A stretch of DNA of 50,344 nucleotides from Elusimicrobiota bacterium (GTDB taxonomy: Bacteria; Elusimicrobiota; Elusimicrobia; Elusimicrobiales; UBA9959). Each line of letters begins with the position of its first letter. Position 1 is the stretch's first letter. Location: the NCBI GenBank assembly GCA_027340875.1, contig DAIENX010000072.1, positions 1-50,344 of the forward strand. The letters run 5' to 3'. The notes beneath the pieces were generated by a model. The model was not told the DNA's origin. It made no database searches and saw only the letters and a list, made by a program, of their open reading frames with translations. Below, in pieces: positions 9,308 to 18,289 of the stretch. Made by a program: the position numbers and the translations under genes.

Positions 9308-10600
9308 ATGAACGGCGAGATAAAGGTCGGTTTTTTCGTGCTGGTCGGTTCCGTGCTTTTCGGTACCGCCGTCTTCCTGCTCGGCGACTATTCCTTCCAG
9401 AAGTTCTATTCCCTCAACGTTGAGTTCTCCGACGTTGCCGGCCTCCCCGATAAGGCCACCGTCAAACTGTCCGGAGTCTCCGTCGGCAAGATAAAGCGCA
9501 TCTACATCCAGGACGACAAGGTCATCGTGCAGCTGGCCATCCGCGCCGGCGTCAAGATATACCGCGACTCCCGCTTCCTCGTGGGGGCCACCAGCATGAT
9601 AGGCTCCAAGTTCATGCAGATAGACCAGGGACACCCTGCCGCCGGCAAGCTGAAGGCGGACGAGACCGTCAGGGGGGACGATTCTCTGCCGCTGGACCGC
9701 GCGATCTCCAGGGCCGTCGGCAGCCTGCAGAAGATGGTGGAGGAGATCAACGGCGAGGGGCGCCTGGCGCGCGACCTCAACGAGATAATGAGGAACCTGC
9801 GGGAGATAACGGCCAACGTGAACGAGCTGGTCTCCAACAGCCAGCCGCACGCCGAGAAGATCGCGCAGCGCCTGGACACCATCACCGCGAAGCTCGACGC
9901 GATGCTGGACAAGACCAACGCAATAGTCGACAAGGTCAACAACGGCGAGGGCGTCGCCGGCGCGCTGGTCAGCGACCAGAAGATGAAGGCGGACGTGGCC
10001 GAGGCCGTCAATAACATAAAGGACGCCAGCGTCTCGGTCAAGGACGCGCTGGGGCGCGTGACCGGCTTTCGCACCTACCTGAAGTGGGACTATAAGTACG
10101 AGCCGCTGGCCCGCTCCTCCAAGAACGATTTCGGCGTGAAGATCTACCCGCGCGAGGGCCGCTATTACTATCTCGGCGCGGCCAACACGGTCAACAGGAA
10201 GGACAAGGCCAAGGGCACGGACTACGAGGTTATGAACACCGTGGACGCGCAGCTCGGCTGGGAAGTGGGCGAGTTCGAGCTTTACGCCGGAGTCCTGCAC
10301 GGCTCCGGCGGGGCCGGCGCCCGCTGGCGGCCCTTCATGAACTCCAAGTGGGACCGCATAGCCCTGCTGGCCGAAGGCACGGAATTCAGCCGCAATCGGA
10401 CCATCAAGGGCAGGGATTTCAACAAGCCGCGCTACGACGTGGGCGTGGATCTGAAGCTGAACAAGTACGTTGCGGCCGGGGTGCGCCTGAACGACCTGGC
10501 GGAGACCAGGCGCGTCAACTATACCACGCGCGTGCTGTTCGAGGACAAGGACATAGCCTACCTGTTCGGCTTCGCCTCGCTGGGGGCGATGAAGAAATAG
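9308..10600 (+). CDS. mlaD: MCE/MlaD-family protein with long helical region and C-terminal beta-rich domain
   Basis: EIKVGFFV TM anchor, FSDVAGL..VKLSGVSVGKI MCE domain, helical middle (NNGEGVAGALVSD), amphipathic strands at the C-terminus; follows mlaE/mlaF. Confidence 0.9.
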   Translation: MNGEIKVGFFVLVGSVLFGTAVFLLGDYSFQKFYSLNVEFSDVAGLPDKATVKLSGVSVGKIKRIYIQDDKVIVQLAIRAGVKIYRDSRFLVGATSMIGSKFMQIDQGHPAAGKLKADETVRGDDSLPLDRAISRAVGSLQKMVEEINGEGRLARDLNEIMRNLREITANVNELVSNSQPHAEKIAQRLDTITAKLDAMLDKTNAIVDKVNNGEGVAGALVSDQKMKADVAEAVNNIKDASVSVKDALGRVTGFRTYLKWDYKYEPLARSSKNDFGVKIYPREGRYYYLGAANTVNRKDKAKGTDYEVMNTVDAQLGWEVGEFELYAGVLHGSGGAGARWRPFMNSKWDRIALLAEGTEFSRNRTIKGRDFNKPRYDVGVDLKLNKYVAAGVRLNDLAETRRVNYTTRVLFEDKDIAYLFGFASLGAMKK

Positions 10601-10601
10601 C

Positions 10602-12023
10602 ATGAAGCTCAAGACCGTCTACCGCTGCCAGCAATGCGGACAGTCCTCCCCCAAGTGGGCGGGGCAGTGTTCCGGGTGCGGCGGCTGGAACACGCTGGTC
10701 GAGGAGGCCGAGGAGATCGTGTCGAAGGCGGCTTCCAAGGCCCGCGGGCTTACCGATTTTTCCGAGCCGCCGGTGAAACTGTCCGAGGCCCGGGCCATGA
10801 AGGCCGAGCACGCGTCCACCGGGATCTCGGAGCTGGACCGAGCGCTGGGCGGCGGCCTGGTGAGGGGGCAGGTGGTGCTGCTGGCCGGCCCGCCCGGGAT
10901 CGGCAAGAGCACGCTGACGCTGGAGAGCTGCGCCGCGCTCGCTTCCGGGGCGTACAAGGCCGGAAAGGTCCTTTACGTTTCCGGCGAGGAGTCCCTCGCG
11001 CAGGTAGGTTCCCGCGCCGAGCGCCTGGGCGCGAAGTGCGACAACGTCTATCTGATGAGCGAGACCAACCTCGCCCGCGTGATAGAGGAGTTCCGCAAGA
11101 TCAAGCCCTCCTTCCTCGTCATAGATTCCATCCAGACCGTCTATCATCCGGATTTCGTCGGCTCGCCCGGTTCGGTGGGTCAGATCCGCGAGTGCGCCGC
11201 GGAGCTGCTGAAGATCGCCAAGTCCGCCGGTGTGCCGCTCTTCCTGCTCGGCCACGTCACCAAGGAGGGCTCGCTCGCGGGCCCCAAGGTGCTCGAGCAC
11301 ATAGTGGACACCGTGCTCTATTTCGACGCGGAGAAGAGCAACGTCTTCCGCGTGCTGCGGCCGCACAAGAACCGCTTCGGGGCCGTGGACGACGCGGGCA
11401 TCTTCGAAATGACCGCCAGGGGCCTGCGCCCCGTGGCGGACGCCGGCCTGATGCTGGGCGAGACCGACCGGGACAGGGCCCTGGCCGGCCGCGCCTTCGC
11501 GGTGGCCTTCGAGGGCTCCCGCCCGATGCTGGCCGAGCTGCAGGCACTGGCCACGAAGTCCTATCTGCCGTACCCGCGCCGCACCGTCACCGGCATGGAC
11601 CTCAACCGCGCACAGATGCTGATAGCCGCGCTCGAGAAGAGCGTGGGACTGCGCTTCGACGAGATGGACGTCTTCGCCTCCCTGCAGGGGGGCATCAAGC
11701 TGAAGGACCCGGCGTTGGACCTGGCCTTCTGCGCGGCGCTGATCAGCGCCGCCCGCGATATCCCGCTGCCTCCGGACTGCGTGTTCCTGGGCGAGGTCGG
11801 GATACTGGCCCAGACCGCGAGCCCCGGTTTCATGGACCGCCGCCTCGCCGAGGCAGAGCGCCTCGGCTTCAGGACAGCTTTCGTGCCCCGCCAGCCGAGA
11901 AAGGACGAGGGAAGGTTCAAGTCCCTGCGGCTGGAGGTAGTACGGGACACGGGCGCGCTTTACGCCGCCCTCGCTAAATTAACGCCCGCCAGAACGGGCA
12001 AGTCGGATAAGGAGCAATCATGA
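10602..12023 (+). CDS. radA: DNA repair protein RadA/Sms
   Basis: CQQC..CSGC zinc finger, GPPGIGKST, IDSIQT, KNRFG. Confidence 0.96.
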   Translation: MKLKTVYRCQQCGQSSPKWAGQCSGCGGWNTLVEEAEEIVSKAASKARGLTDFSEPPVKLSEARAMKAEHASTGISELDRALGGGLVRGQVVLLAGPPGIGKSTLTLESCAALASGAYKAGKVLYVSGEESLAQVGSRAERLGAKCDNVYLMSETNLARVIEEFRKIKPSFLVIDSIQTVYHPDFVGSPGSVGQIRECAAELLKIAKSAGVPLFLLGHVTKEGSLAGPKVLEHIVDTVLYFDAEKSNVFRVLRPHKNRFGAVDDAGIFEMTARGLRPVADAGLMLGETDRDRALAGRAFAVAFEGSRPMLAELQALATKSYLPYPRRTVTGMDLNRAQMLIAALEKSVGLRFDEMDVFASLQGGIKLKDPALDLAFCAALISAARDIPLPPDCVFLGEVGILAQTASPGFMDRRLAEAERLGFRTAFVPRQPRKDEGRFKSLRLEVVRDTGALYAALAKLTPARTGKSDKEQS

Positions 12024-13027
12024 TAGTATGGATCTTCAGGGCGGTGGCCCTGCTCGGCACCCCGGTGTTGACCTGGTTGACCGTTTCCAAGGACCTCAAG
12101 GGCCTGGCCTTCGGAGTGCTGATAGGCCTGGTGATAATCGGCATAGAGTACGTCTTCGAGAACGTCAGCCTGTTCTCGCTGATCATCGGCATCATCGGCG
12201 CGGTGGTCGGAGTGATCATCTCGAAGCTGCTGGATTACACCGTGTTCCAGATAGACAACGACGCGTTCAGCAACCTGTGGCTGCGCTACAACATCATAGT
12301 CCGCTACGCGCTGGCGCTGCTCGGCATGATCATCAGTATCAAGAAGATCCCGGAGCTGGACGACCTGGACAAGAACATCCTGTCTCTCCGCCGCAAGGGC
12401 GGCAAGAACATGAAGGTGCTGGACCTGTCCGCGATAGTCGACGGCCGCGTGCTCGACATCTGCGACACGCATTTCATCACCGGCGGCATCATCACGCCTC
12501 GCTTCATAGTGCAGGAGCTGCACGAGCTGGCCGAGTCGCAGGACCATATCGAGCGCGCGAAGGGCCGCCGCGGCCTAGATATCCTGGCCCGCCTGCAGGA
12601 GTCGCGCGACATCCCGTTCCGCGTGATAGACAGGGACATCCGCGAGGTGCAGGACAACCAGATGAAGCTGGTGACAATAGCCAAGGAGCTGGGCGCCGCT
12701 CTCATAACGATAGACTTCAATATAAACAAGCTGGCCGCGCTAGAGAACGTGACCGTGCTGAACATCAACGACCTCACTATCGCCCTCAAGCCGGTCGTGT
12801 TGCCAGGAGAGGACATGAGCGTCTTCGTGATGAAGGAAGGCAAGGAGAAGACGCAGGGCGTCGGCTACCTGGACGACGGCACGATGATCGTCATCGAGGA
12901 CGGCAAAGAATACATCGGCAAGAAGGTGGAAGCCGTAGTGCAGTCCATCCTGCAGACCTCGCAGGGCCGGATAATCTTCACCCGGGTCAAGGGCAAAGCG
13001 GTCCAGCAGGGGCCGAAGCAGCCGTAA
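12020..13027 (+). CDS. PIN/TRAM-domain membrane protein (YacL-like)
   Basis: N-terminal TMs, KVLDLSAIVDGR, GRRGLDIL, QGVGYLDDGTMIVIE; radA-yacL-ispDF-cysS synteny. Confidence 0.92.
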   Translation: MIVWIFRAVALLGTPVLTWLTVSKDLKGLAFGVLIGLVIIGIEYVFENVSLFSLIIGIIGAVVGVIISKLLDYTVFQIDNDAFSNLWLRYNIIVRYALALLGMIISIKKIPELDDLDKNILSLRRKGGKNMKVLDLSAIVDGRVLDICDTHFITGGIITPRFIVQELHELAESQDHIERAKGRRGLDILARLQESRDIPFRVIDRDIREVQDNQMKLVTIAKELGAALITIDFNINKLAALENVTVLNINDLTIALKPVVLPGEDMSVFVMKEGKEKTQGVGYLDDGTMIVIEDGKEYIGKKVEAVVQSILQTSQGRIIFTRVKGKAVQQGPKQP

Positions 13028-13033
13028 TACGGC

Positions 13034-14221
13034 ATGAGCAGCGCCAGGAAGCCAGCCGGGACGGCCGAGGCTATAATACTGGCCGGCGGCGCCGGCACGC
13101 GGATGGGCAGGGAGAAGCAGTACCTGCCGCTGCCCGGCCGGCCGATGATAGAGTGGACCGTGGAGGCTTTCGTCTCCAGCGGGCTGTTCTCTAAGGTCAT
13201 ATTGGCGCTGGGCCCGGAGAACCTTGACAAATACGGCCCGGAGTGGGAGAAAGCCGGCGTGAAGACTGCGCCGGCCGGCGGCACCCGTACCGATTCCCTG
13301 CGCAACGCTTTCAAGCTGGTCAGCCCGGACGCGGGGCTGGTGGCGGTGCACGACGGCGCCCGGCCGCTGGTCACGCGGGAGCTGATAAAGGCCTGCCTGG
13401 AGGGCGCCGAAGAGGCCGGAGCGGCCGTGCCGGCCGTGCCGCTGAAGGACACCGTGAAGACGGTCTCCGGGGACGGCAGGGTGTTCGAGAGCACGCCGCC
13501 GCGCGCCTCCATGATGGCGGCGCAGACGCCTCAATGCTACCGCCGCGAAGTCCTGGCGGACCTGCTGGCGGCGGCCGAAAAGAAGGATTACAGCGACGAG
13601 TCGCAGGTTCTGGAGCAGCTCGGGATCAAGGCCGCCGTAGTGCGGTCGGATTACCGTAACATCAAGATCACCACTCCGGAAGACATAGCTATAGCGGAGG
13701 TTTTCATGAAAGACGCGAAACAGACAACTTCCCGTTCCAATATCGCCGTGTCCCGCGCGGGTTTCGGCTACGATATCCACCGCCTGGTGGAGGGCCGTCC
13801 GCTGATACTGGGCGGCGTGAAGATAGAGCACCCGCGGGGCCTGCTGGGCCATTCCGACGGGGACGTGGTGCTGCACTCCATCTGCGACGCGCTGCTCGGG
13901 GCGATATCGGCCGGCGAGATAGGCGTCTATTTTCCGCCTACAGACCTCACCATCATGGGCATCTCCAGCGACGCGATAGCCGAGAAAACGCTGGAGGTCC
14001 TGGCCTCGAAGAAGGCGCGCATCATCAACGTCGACGCCACCATTGTGGCCGAGGAGCCCAAGCTCAAGCCTCACTACGAGGCCATCCGCGACTCCGTGGC
14101 CAGGATACTGAAGCTGGACAAGAACGACGTCAGCATCAAGGCCAAGAGCCGGGAAGGCCTGGGCGAAGTCGGCCACGGCGACGCCATAGTCTGCTACGCC
14201 ACGGCGAGCGTGCTTAAATGA
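13034..14221 (+). CDS. ispDF: Bifunctional IspD/IspF (MEP pathway)
   Basis: IspD motifs LAGGAGTRMG..KQY, VHDGARP, NIKITTPED; IspF motifs GFGYDIHRL, GHSDGDVVLH. Confidence 0.95.
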   Translation: MSSARKPAGTAEAIILAGGAGTRMGREKQYLPLPGRPMIEWTVEAFVSSGLFSKVILALGPENLDKYGPEWEKAGVKTAPAGGTRTDSLRNAFKLVSPDAGLVAVHDGARPLVTRELIKACLEGAEEAGAAVPAVPLKDTVKTVSGDGRVFESTPPRASMMAAQTPQCYRREVLADLLAAAEKKDYSDESQVLEQLGIKAAVVRSDYRNIKITTPEDIAIAEVFMKDAKQTTSRSNIAVSRAGFGYDIHRLVEGRPLILGGVKIEHPRGLLGHSDGDVVLHSICDALLGAISAGEIGVYFPPTDLTIMGISSDAIAEKTLEVLASKKARIINVDATIVAEEPKLKPHYEAIRDSVARILKLDKNDVSIKAKSREGLGEVGHGDAIVCYATASVLK

Positions 14222-14646
14222 AATCCGGCCTCGCGGCTCTGATGCTGGCGGCTGCTCTGCTCTCCGCCTGCTCTCATTCCAGGCAGGCCCTGCCGGGCGA
14301 GCAGGTCCCGTCCGGCCCCGGCGCGGCCGCCGTCTTCGAGAAGCGCACCTTCGCGCTGGTGAAGGTCCCCGATCCGGACCTGGAGATGGCGCTGGAGGGG
14401 ATATTGTCCGACAGCCACGCCGCGGCCGTGCGCCGTTACGCGGGAGATTCGCCGATGGACATAGGCTTCACCTATTCCATGGCTCCGCACGGGGCGGTCT
14501 ATCCGTTCTCCGAGATAGAGGTCTCCTGCATCATGCAGCAGAAATACGCTAAGCGCAAGGGGCCGGAGCTCTGCTCCGATTTCTTCTCCGAACTCGATGC
14601 CAGGATAAAAAAGGCGCTCGCCGCCAGACAGCAGGTCACGCCATGA
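14218..14646 (+). CDS. Hypothetical lipoprotein
   Basis: Lipobox LSAC after a hydrophobic leader; ATGA overlaps at both ends. Confidence 0.7.
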   Translation: MKSGLAALMLAAALLSACSHSRQALPGEQVPSGPGAAAVFEKRTFALVKVPDPDLEMALEGILSDSHAAAVRRYAGDSPMDIGFTYSMAPHGAVYPFSEIEVSCIMQQKYAKRKGPELCSDFFSELDARIKKALAARQQVTP

Positions 14647-16052
14647 ACTTCAGGATCTACAACACTATGACGCGGCAGAAGGAGCTCTTTAAGCCGCTGA
14701 AAGAGTGGGAGGCCGGGATCTACACCTGCGGGCCCACCGTCTACCATTACGCCCATATCGGGAACATGCGCAGCTACATCGCCGAGGACGGCCTGGTGCG
14801 CTCGCTGCGCTTCCTCGGCTGGAAGGTAAAGCGCGTGATGAACATCACGGACGTCGGCCACCTCGTCTCCGACGCCGATTCCGGGGAAGACAAGATGGAG
14901 GTCGGCGCTCGCCGCGAGGGCAAGAGCGCCTGGGACATAGCCAAGTTCTATACCGAGGCTTTCTTCCGGGACTACTACGCCCTCGGCTGCGCCAAGCCGG
15001 ACGTCACCTGCCCGGCGACCGACTACATCCAGGAGATGATAGACCTGGGCGCGGCCCTGGAGAGGAAGGGCTTCACCTACCCGATAGCCGGCGACGGCGT
15101 CTATTTCGACATCTCCAGGCTGCCTGACTACGGCAAGCTGGCCGGGAAAGCTCATATCGACGGCATCAGGGAGGGCGCGCGCGTAGAGGCCGTGGCCGGC
15201 AAGCGCCATCCGGCCGATTTCGCCATCTGGAAGTTCGCAGCTATCGGCGAGAAGCGCCAGATGGAATGGGACTCCCCGTGGGGCCGCGGTTTCCCCGGCT
15301 GGCACATGGAGTGCTCGGCCATGGCGATGAAGCACCTGGGCGACACCATCGATATCCACTGCGGAGGCGAGGACCACGTGGCCGTCCACCATACCAACGA
15401 GATCGCGCAGTCCGAGGGCGCGACCGGCAAGACCTTCTCCAACTACTGGATGCACGTGCGCTTCCTGGTCACCGGCGACGAGGGCAAGATGTCCAAGTCG
15501 GCCGGCGAGTTCCTCACGCTCGAGTCCGTCACCAGGCGCGGTTACGACCCGCTGGCCTACCGCTACTACTGCCTGCAGACGCATTACCGCAAACAGCTGG
15601 AATTCTCCTGGGACGGCGTCGAGGCTTCGGCCCGCGGCCTGGATTCGCTCCGGACCCTCGCCCGCAAGGTGCAGGCCGAGGCCGGCGCCCCTGCGGCGCT
15701 GGACAAGGGATCCAGGCCGTATACGGACTTCGCTGCGGCCCTGTCTGACGACGTCAACCTGCCGGCCGCCCTGGCCGTGCTGTGGGAGACGCTCAGGGAC
15801 AATTCTATCCCTGCCGCGCAGCGCCTGGTTTTCGCGCAGGCGGCGGAAGAGGTGACCGCGCTGGACCTCTTCAGGGTGAAGGAGTCCGGCGAGCTGGCCT
15901 CGGAGCTGATGGCCATGATCAAGGACCGCGAGGCCGCCCGCAAGGCGAAGGACTGGAAGAAGTCCGACGAGCTGCGCAAGGCGCTTTCCGACAAAGGCGT
16001 GCTTATAGAGGATACCCCGTCAGGCACCAAATGGAAGCTCACCCGCGGATGA
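14643..16052 (+). CDS. cysS: Cysteine--tRNA ligase
   Basis: CGPTVY, HIGN, PGWHMECS, KMSKS. Confidence 0.97.
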   Translation: MNFRIYNTMTRQKELFKPLKEWEAGIYTCGPTVYHYAHIGNMRSYIAEDGLVRSLRFLGWKVKRVMNITDVGHLVSDADSGEDKMEVGARREGKSAWDIAKFYTEAFFRDYYALGCAKPDVTCPATDYIQEMIDLGAALERKGFTYPIAGDGVYFDISRLPDYGKLAGKAHIDGIREGARVEAVAGKRHPADFAIWKFAAIGEKRQMEWDSPWGRGFPGWHMECSAMAMKHLGDTIDIHCGGEDHVAVHHTNEIAQSEGATGKTFSNYWMHVRFLVTGDEGKMSKSAGEFLTLESVTRRGYDPLAYRYYCLQTHYRKQLEFSWDGVEASARGLDSLRTLARKVQAEAGAPAALDKGSRPYTDFAAALSDDVNLPAALAVLWETLRDNSIPAAQRLVFAQAAEEVTALDLFRVKESGELASELMAMIKDREAARKAKDWKKSDELRKALSDKGVLIEDTPSGTKWKLTRG

Positions 16053-17011
16053 AGAACCTCCTGGCCGCCCTGCTGCTGCTCGCCCCGGTCCTCTCCTCGC
16101 CGCTCAGCGCGGCCGATGCCCCGTCAAGGACCTATACGCTGAAGGACGGCTCCGCCCTGGAGTATTCCAGGCCGGGGCTATGGCATACCATAGGCTCCGG
16201 CCCGTCGGACTGGCGGACCTTTCTCAAAGACAGCTTCAGGAAGGAGAACCTGCCCTGGTTCGCCGCCATCGGCGCCTCCACGCTGTTCCTGATAGAGTAC
16301 GACCAGAAGATCTACGTTAATACCAGGCGCGCCGGCAGGAAGCTCGGCATCTCCAGCGCGGACAAGACAAAGACCTACCTGAAAGTGGGCGGCGTCTCCA
16401 TCTTTCGCGGCCCGAGCGATCTTGGGTCCGCTTTCTATTTTATCGGCGACGGTTGGCTGAACCTCGGCCTGTTCGGTTATTTCGAGATAGCCGGCCGCCT
16501 GAAGGACGACTGGCGCGCCCTGCAGACCGGCCACCAGCTGGCCGAGGGCCTTATAGTCACCGGCTTCACCACGCAGGTCATGAAGCGCATAAGCGGCCGG
16601 GAAACGCCGCGCGCCGCCACCGCCCCCCGGGGGGTGTGGCGGATGTTCCCTTCCTTCAAGGACTTCCAGTCCCACCGCACGCGTTACGACGCCTTCCCGT
16701 CAGGTCACCTCGCCACCTGCATGATGACGCTCACCGTCATAGCCGAGAACTATCCGGACAGGAAATATATCAAGCCGCTAGGCTACTCGCTGCTGGGCGC
16801 GCTCAGCTTTCAGATGGTGAACAACGGCGTGCATTGGGCCAGCGACTACCCGCTGGGGCTGGCCGTGGGATACGGGATAGGCAAGGCCATAGCCTCGCAC
16901 GGCCGCACGGCCGCGAGGCGGACAGCCGCGCCAGCGCCTTCCGCCCTGAGACTGGAGCCGTACTTCGGGCCCGAAGGCGCTGCCGGAGCCGCGCTGGCGT
17001 ACAGGTTTTAA
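16049..17011 (+). CDS. Exported PAP2-family phosphatase
   Basis: Signal peptide MKNLLAALLLL; KRISGRETP, FPSGH, HWASD motifs; ATGA overlap with cysS. Confidence 0.85.
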   Translation: MKNLLAALLLLAPVLSSPLSAADAPSRTYTLKDGSALEYSRPGLWHTIGSGPSDWRTFLKDSFRKENLPWFAAIGASTLFLIEYDQKIYVNTRRAGRKLGISSADKTKTYLKVGGVSIFRGPSDLGSAFYFIGDGWLNLGLFGYFEIAGRLKDDWRALQTGHQLAEGLIVTGFTTQVMKRISGRETPRAATAPRGVWRMFPSFKDFQSHRTRYDAFPSGHLATCMMTLTVIAENYPDRKYIKPLGYSLLGALSFQMVNNGVHWASDYPLGLAVGYGIGKAIASHGRTAARRTAAPAPSALRLEPYFGPEGAAGAALAYRF

Positions 17012-17056
17012 AAGAAGCGTCTTTTTTGCTAAAATATCCGGGTAGTACAACCGAAC

Positions 17057-17130
17057 GCGGGCGTGGTTCAATGGTAGAACGGGACCTTGCCAAGGTTCAG
17101 ACGAGGGTTCGATTCCCTTCGCCCGCTCCA
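17057..17130 (+). tRNA. tRNA-Gly(GCC)
   Basis: Cloverleaf GCGGGCG-TG-GTTC AATGGTA GAAC-G-GGACC TTGCCAA GGTTC-AGAC-GAGGG TTCGATT CCCTT-CGCCCGC-T-CCA; encoded CCA, U73. Confidence 0.97.
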
Positions 17131-17428
17131 AATTTTAAAACCGGCTTATTTATGCCGGTTTTTAAATTTGTCGCGGGCTCGGGAATGTTCTTATAGGGAA
17201 GCTCGCTGACGCTCGCTGTCGCCCGCTCCAAAAACTTAAAGACCGGCTTATTTATGCCGGTTTTTAAATTTGTCGCGGGCTCGGGAATGTTCTTATAGGG
17301 AAGCTCGCTGACGCTCGCTGTCGCCCGCTCCAGGTATTAAACCAACATAGGGCGTTGTTATCTGATCCGGGGCGAAGGGAATATTCCTTACGAAGAACGG
17401 TCGCTGGCGCTCCCTGTCGCCCGCTTCA
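17131..17428 (+). repeat. tRNA-linked tandem repeat, three ~100-bp units each ending in the tRNA 3' end
   Basis: Units 17131-17230 and 17231-17332 are near-identical; 17333-17428 is diverged; ends are TCGCCCGCTCCA, TCGCCCGCTCCA, TCGCCCGCTTCA. Confidence 0.9.
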
Positions 17429-17454
17429 TATCTCTAACCCATCCTGTTCCCGCG

Positions 17455-17547
17455 TGGGTCTTTGGGCTCAGACGGTCATGGGCCAAAAAAACCTGCTCCT
17501 TTTGGGTATTTTGCCTTATGCGTAGGCGGCCGGCTAATTTGTAGCCT
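17455..17547 (+). promoter_or_regulatory. Phased operator-like 14-mers plus putative -10 box upstream of a secreted-protein gene
   Basis: TGGG at 17455, 17479, 17503 (24-bp period); TAGCCT at 17542-17547. Confidence 0.5.
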
Positions 17548-17589
17548 AGTCTTTTGAGAAGACACGGATAGCCCGTTCAAGGAGAGAGA

Positions 17590-18237
17590 ATGAGATCACT
17601 TGTCGCCGTTATACTGATAGCCGCCGCTGCGCCGGCCATCGCCGCCGGCCCCGCCCCCCAGCTCCCGCATATCGACGCGGGTTCCATCTGGGCGCAGATA
17701 AACAACCAGCATAACCCCTTCCCGCAGCCGCAGCAGACCACCCTGGACTACTGCACACTCACCGACATGAAGAACAACAAGTGGTACTTCAAGTGCAAGA
17801 GCGGCGCCGTGCTGATAGAGCCGGCCGTGAAGCCGGATTTCCCGGCCGGGGAGCCGGCGGGCCCCTGCGCCACCATGATCATCCGCCCCATGCCGGCCGG
17901 CACCCTGCCGACCAAGGCCGCTGCGAACTGGACCGATGCCGCCAAGGCGGCTTTCGAGAAGGCCCTGGACGAGGGAGGGCTGACCGACTATGCCGAGACC
18001 AGCGAAACGCCTCCCGGCGTCCGCCGCCAGCTCGAGCAGGAGCTTAATTCGCTGCCCCAGGGACCCGGCAACGAGGCCGAAGTTTATAAGATGATGGTCA
18101 ACGGCCGCACCGCCTTCGTCGTCCAGAGCTATATCCACGACGATTCGATGCGCGTCCACCTCTTCAACGCCGCCGGGGTAAAGGTGGCCTACGGCGAGGG
18201 CAGCGTGGATAAGGACTTCGCCTGGCTGCCTCTGTAA
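17590..18237 (+). CDS. Hypothetical secreted protein
   Basis: SD AAGGAG; signal peptide MRSLVAVILIAAAAPAIA; genome-like codon bias; terminator follows. Confidence 0.8.
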   Translation: MRSLVAVILIAAAAPAIAAGPAPQLPHIDAGSIWAQINNQHNPFPQPQQTTLDYCTLTDMKNNKWYFKCKSGAVLIEPAVKPDFPAGEPAGPCATMIIRPMPAGTLPTKAAANWTDAAKAAFEKALDEGGLTDYAETSETPPGVRRQLEQELNSLPQGPGNEAEVYKMMVNGRTAFVVQSYIHDDSMRVHLFNAAGVKVAYGEGSVDKDFAWLPL

Positions 18238-18244
18238 GCTTCGC

Positions 18245-18289
18245 CCGAAGGACAAAGGCCCGGGTTCTCCCCGGGCTTTTGTCCTTCGG
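18245..18289 (+). terminator. Long hairpin/terminator after the secreted-protein gene
   Basis: CCGAAGGACAAAGGCCCGGG-ttctc-CCCGGGCTTTTGTCCTTCGG, 20-bp stem with one G-U pair. Confidence 0.7.

Noticed and set aside
17131..17428. CRISPR array
   Set aside because: The constant part is ~58 nt and tRNA-derived, the first two variable segments are nearly identical, and there are no cas genes in the window.
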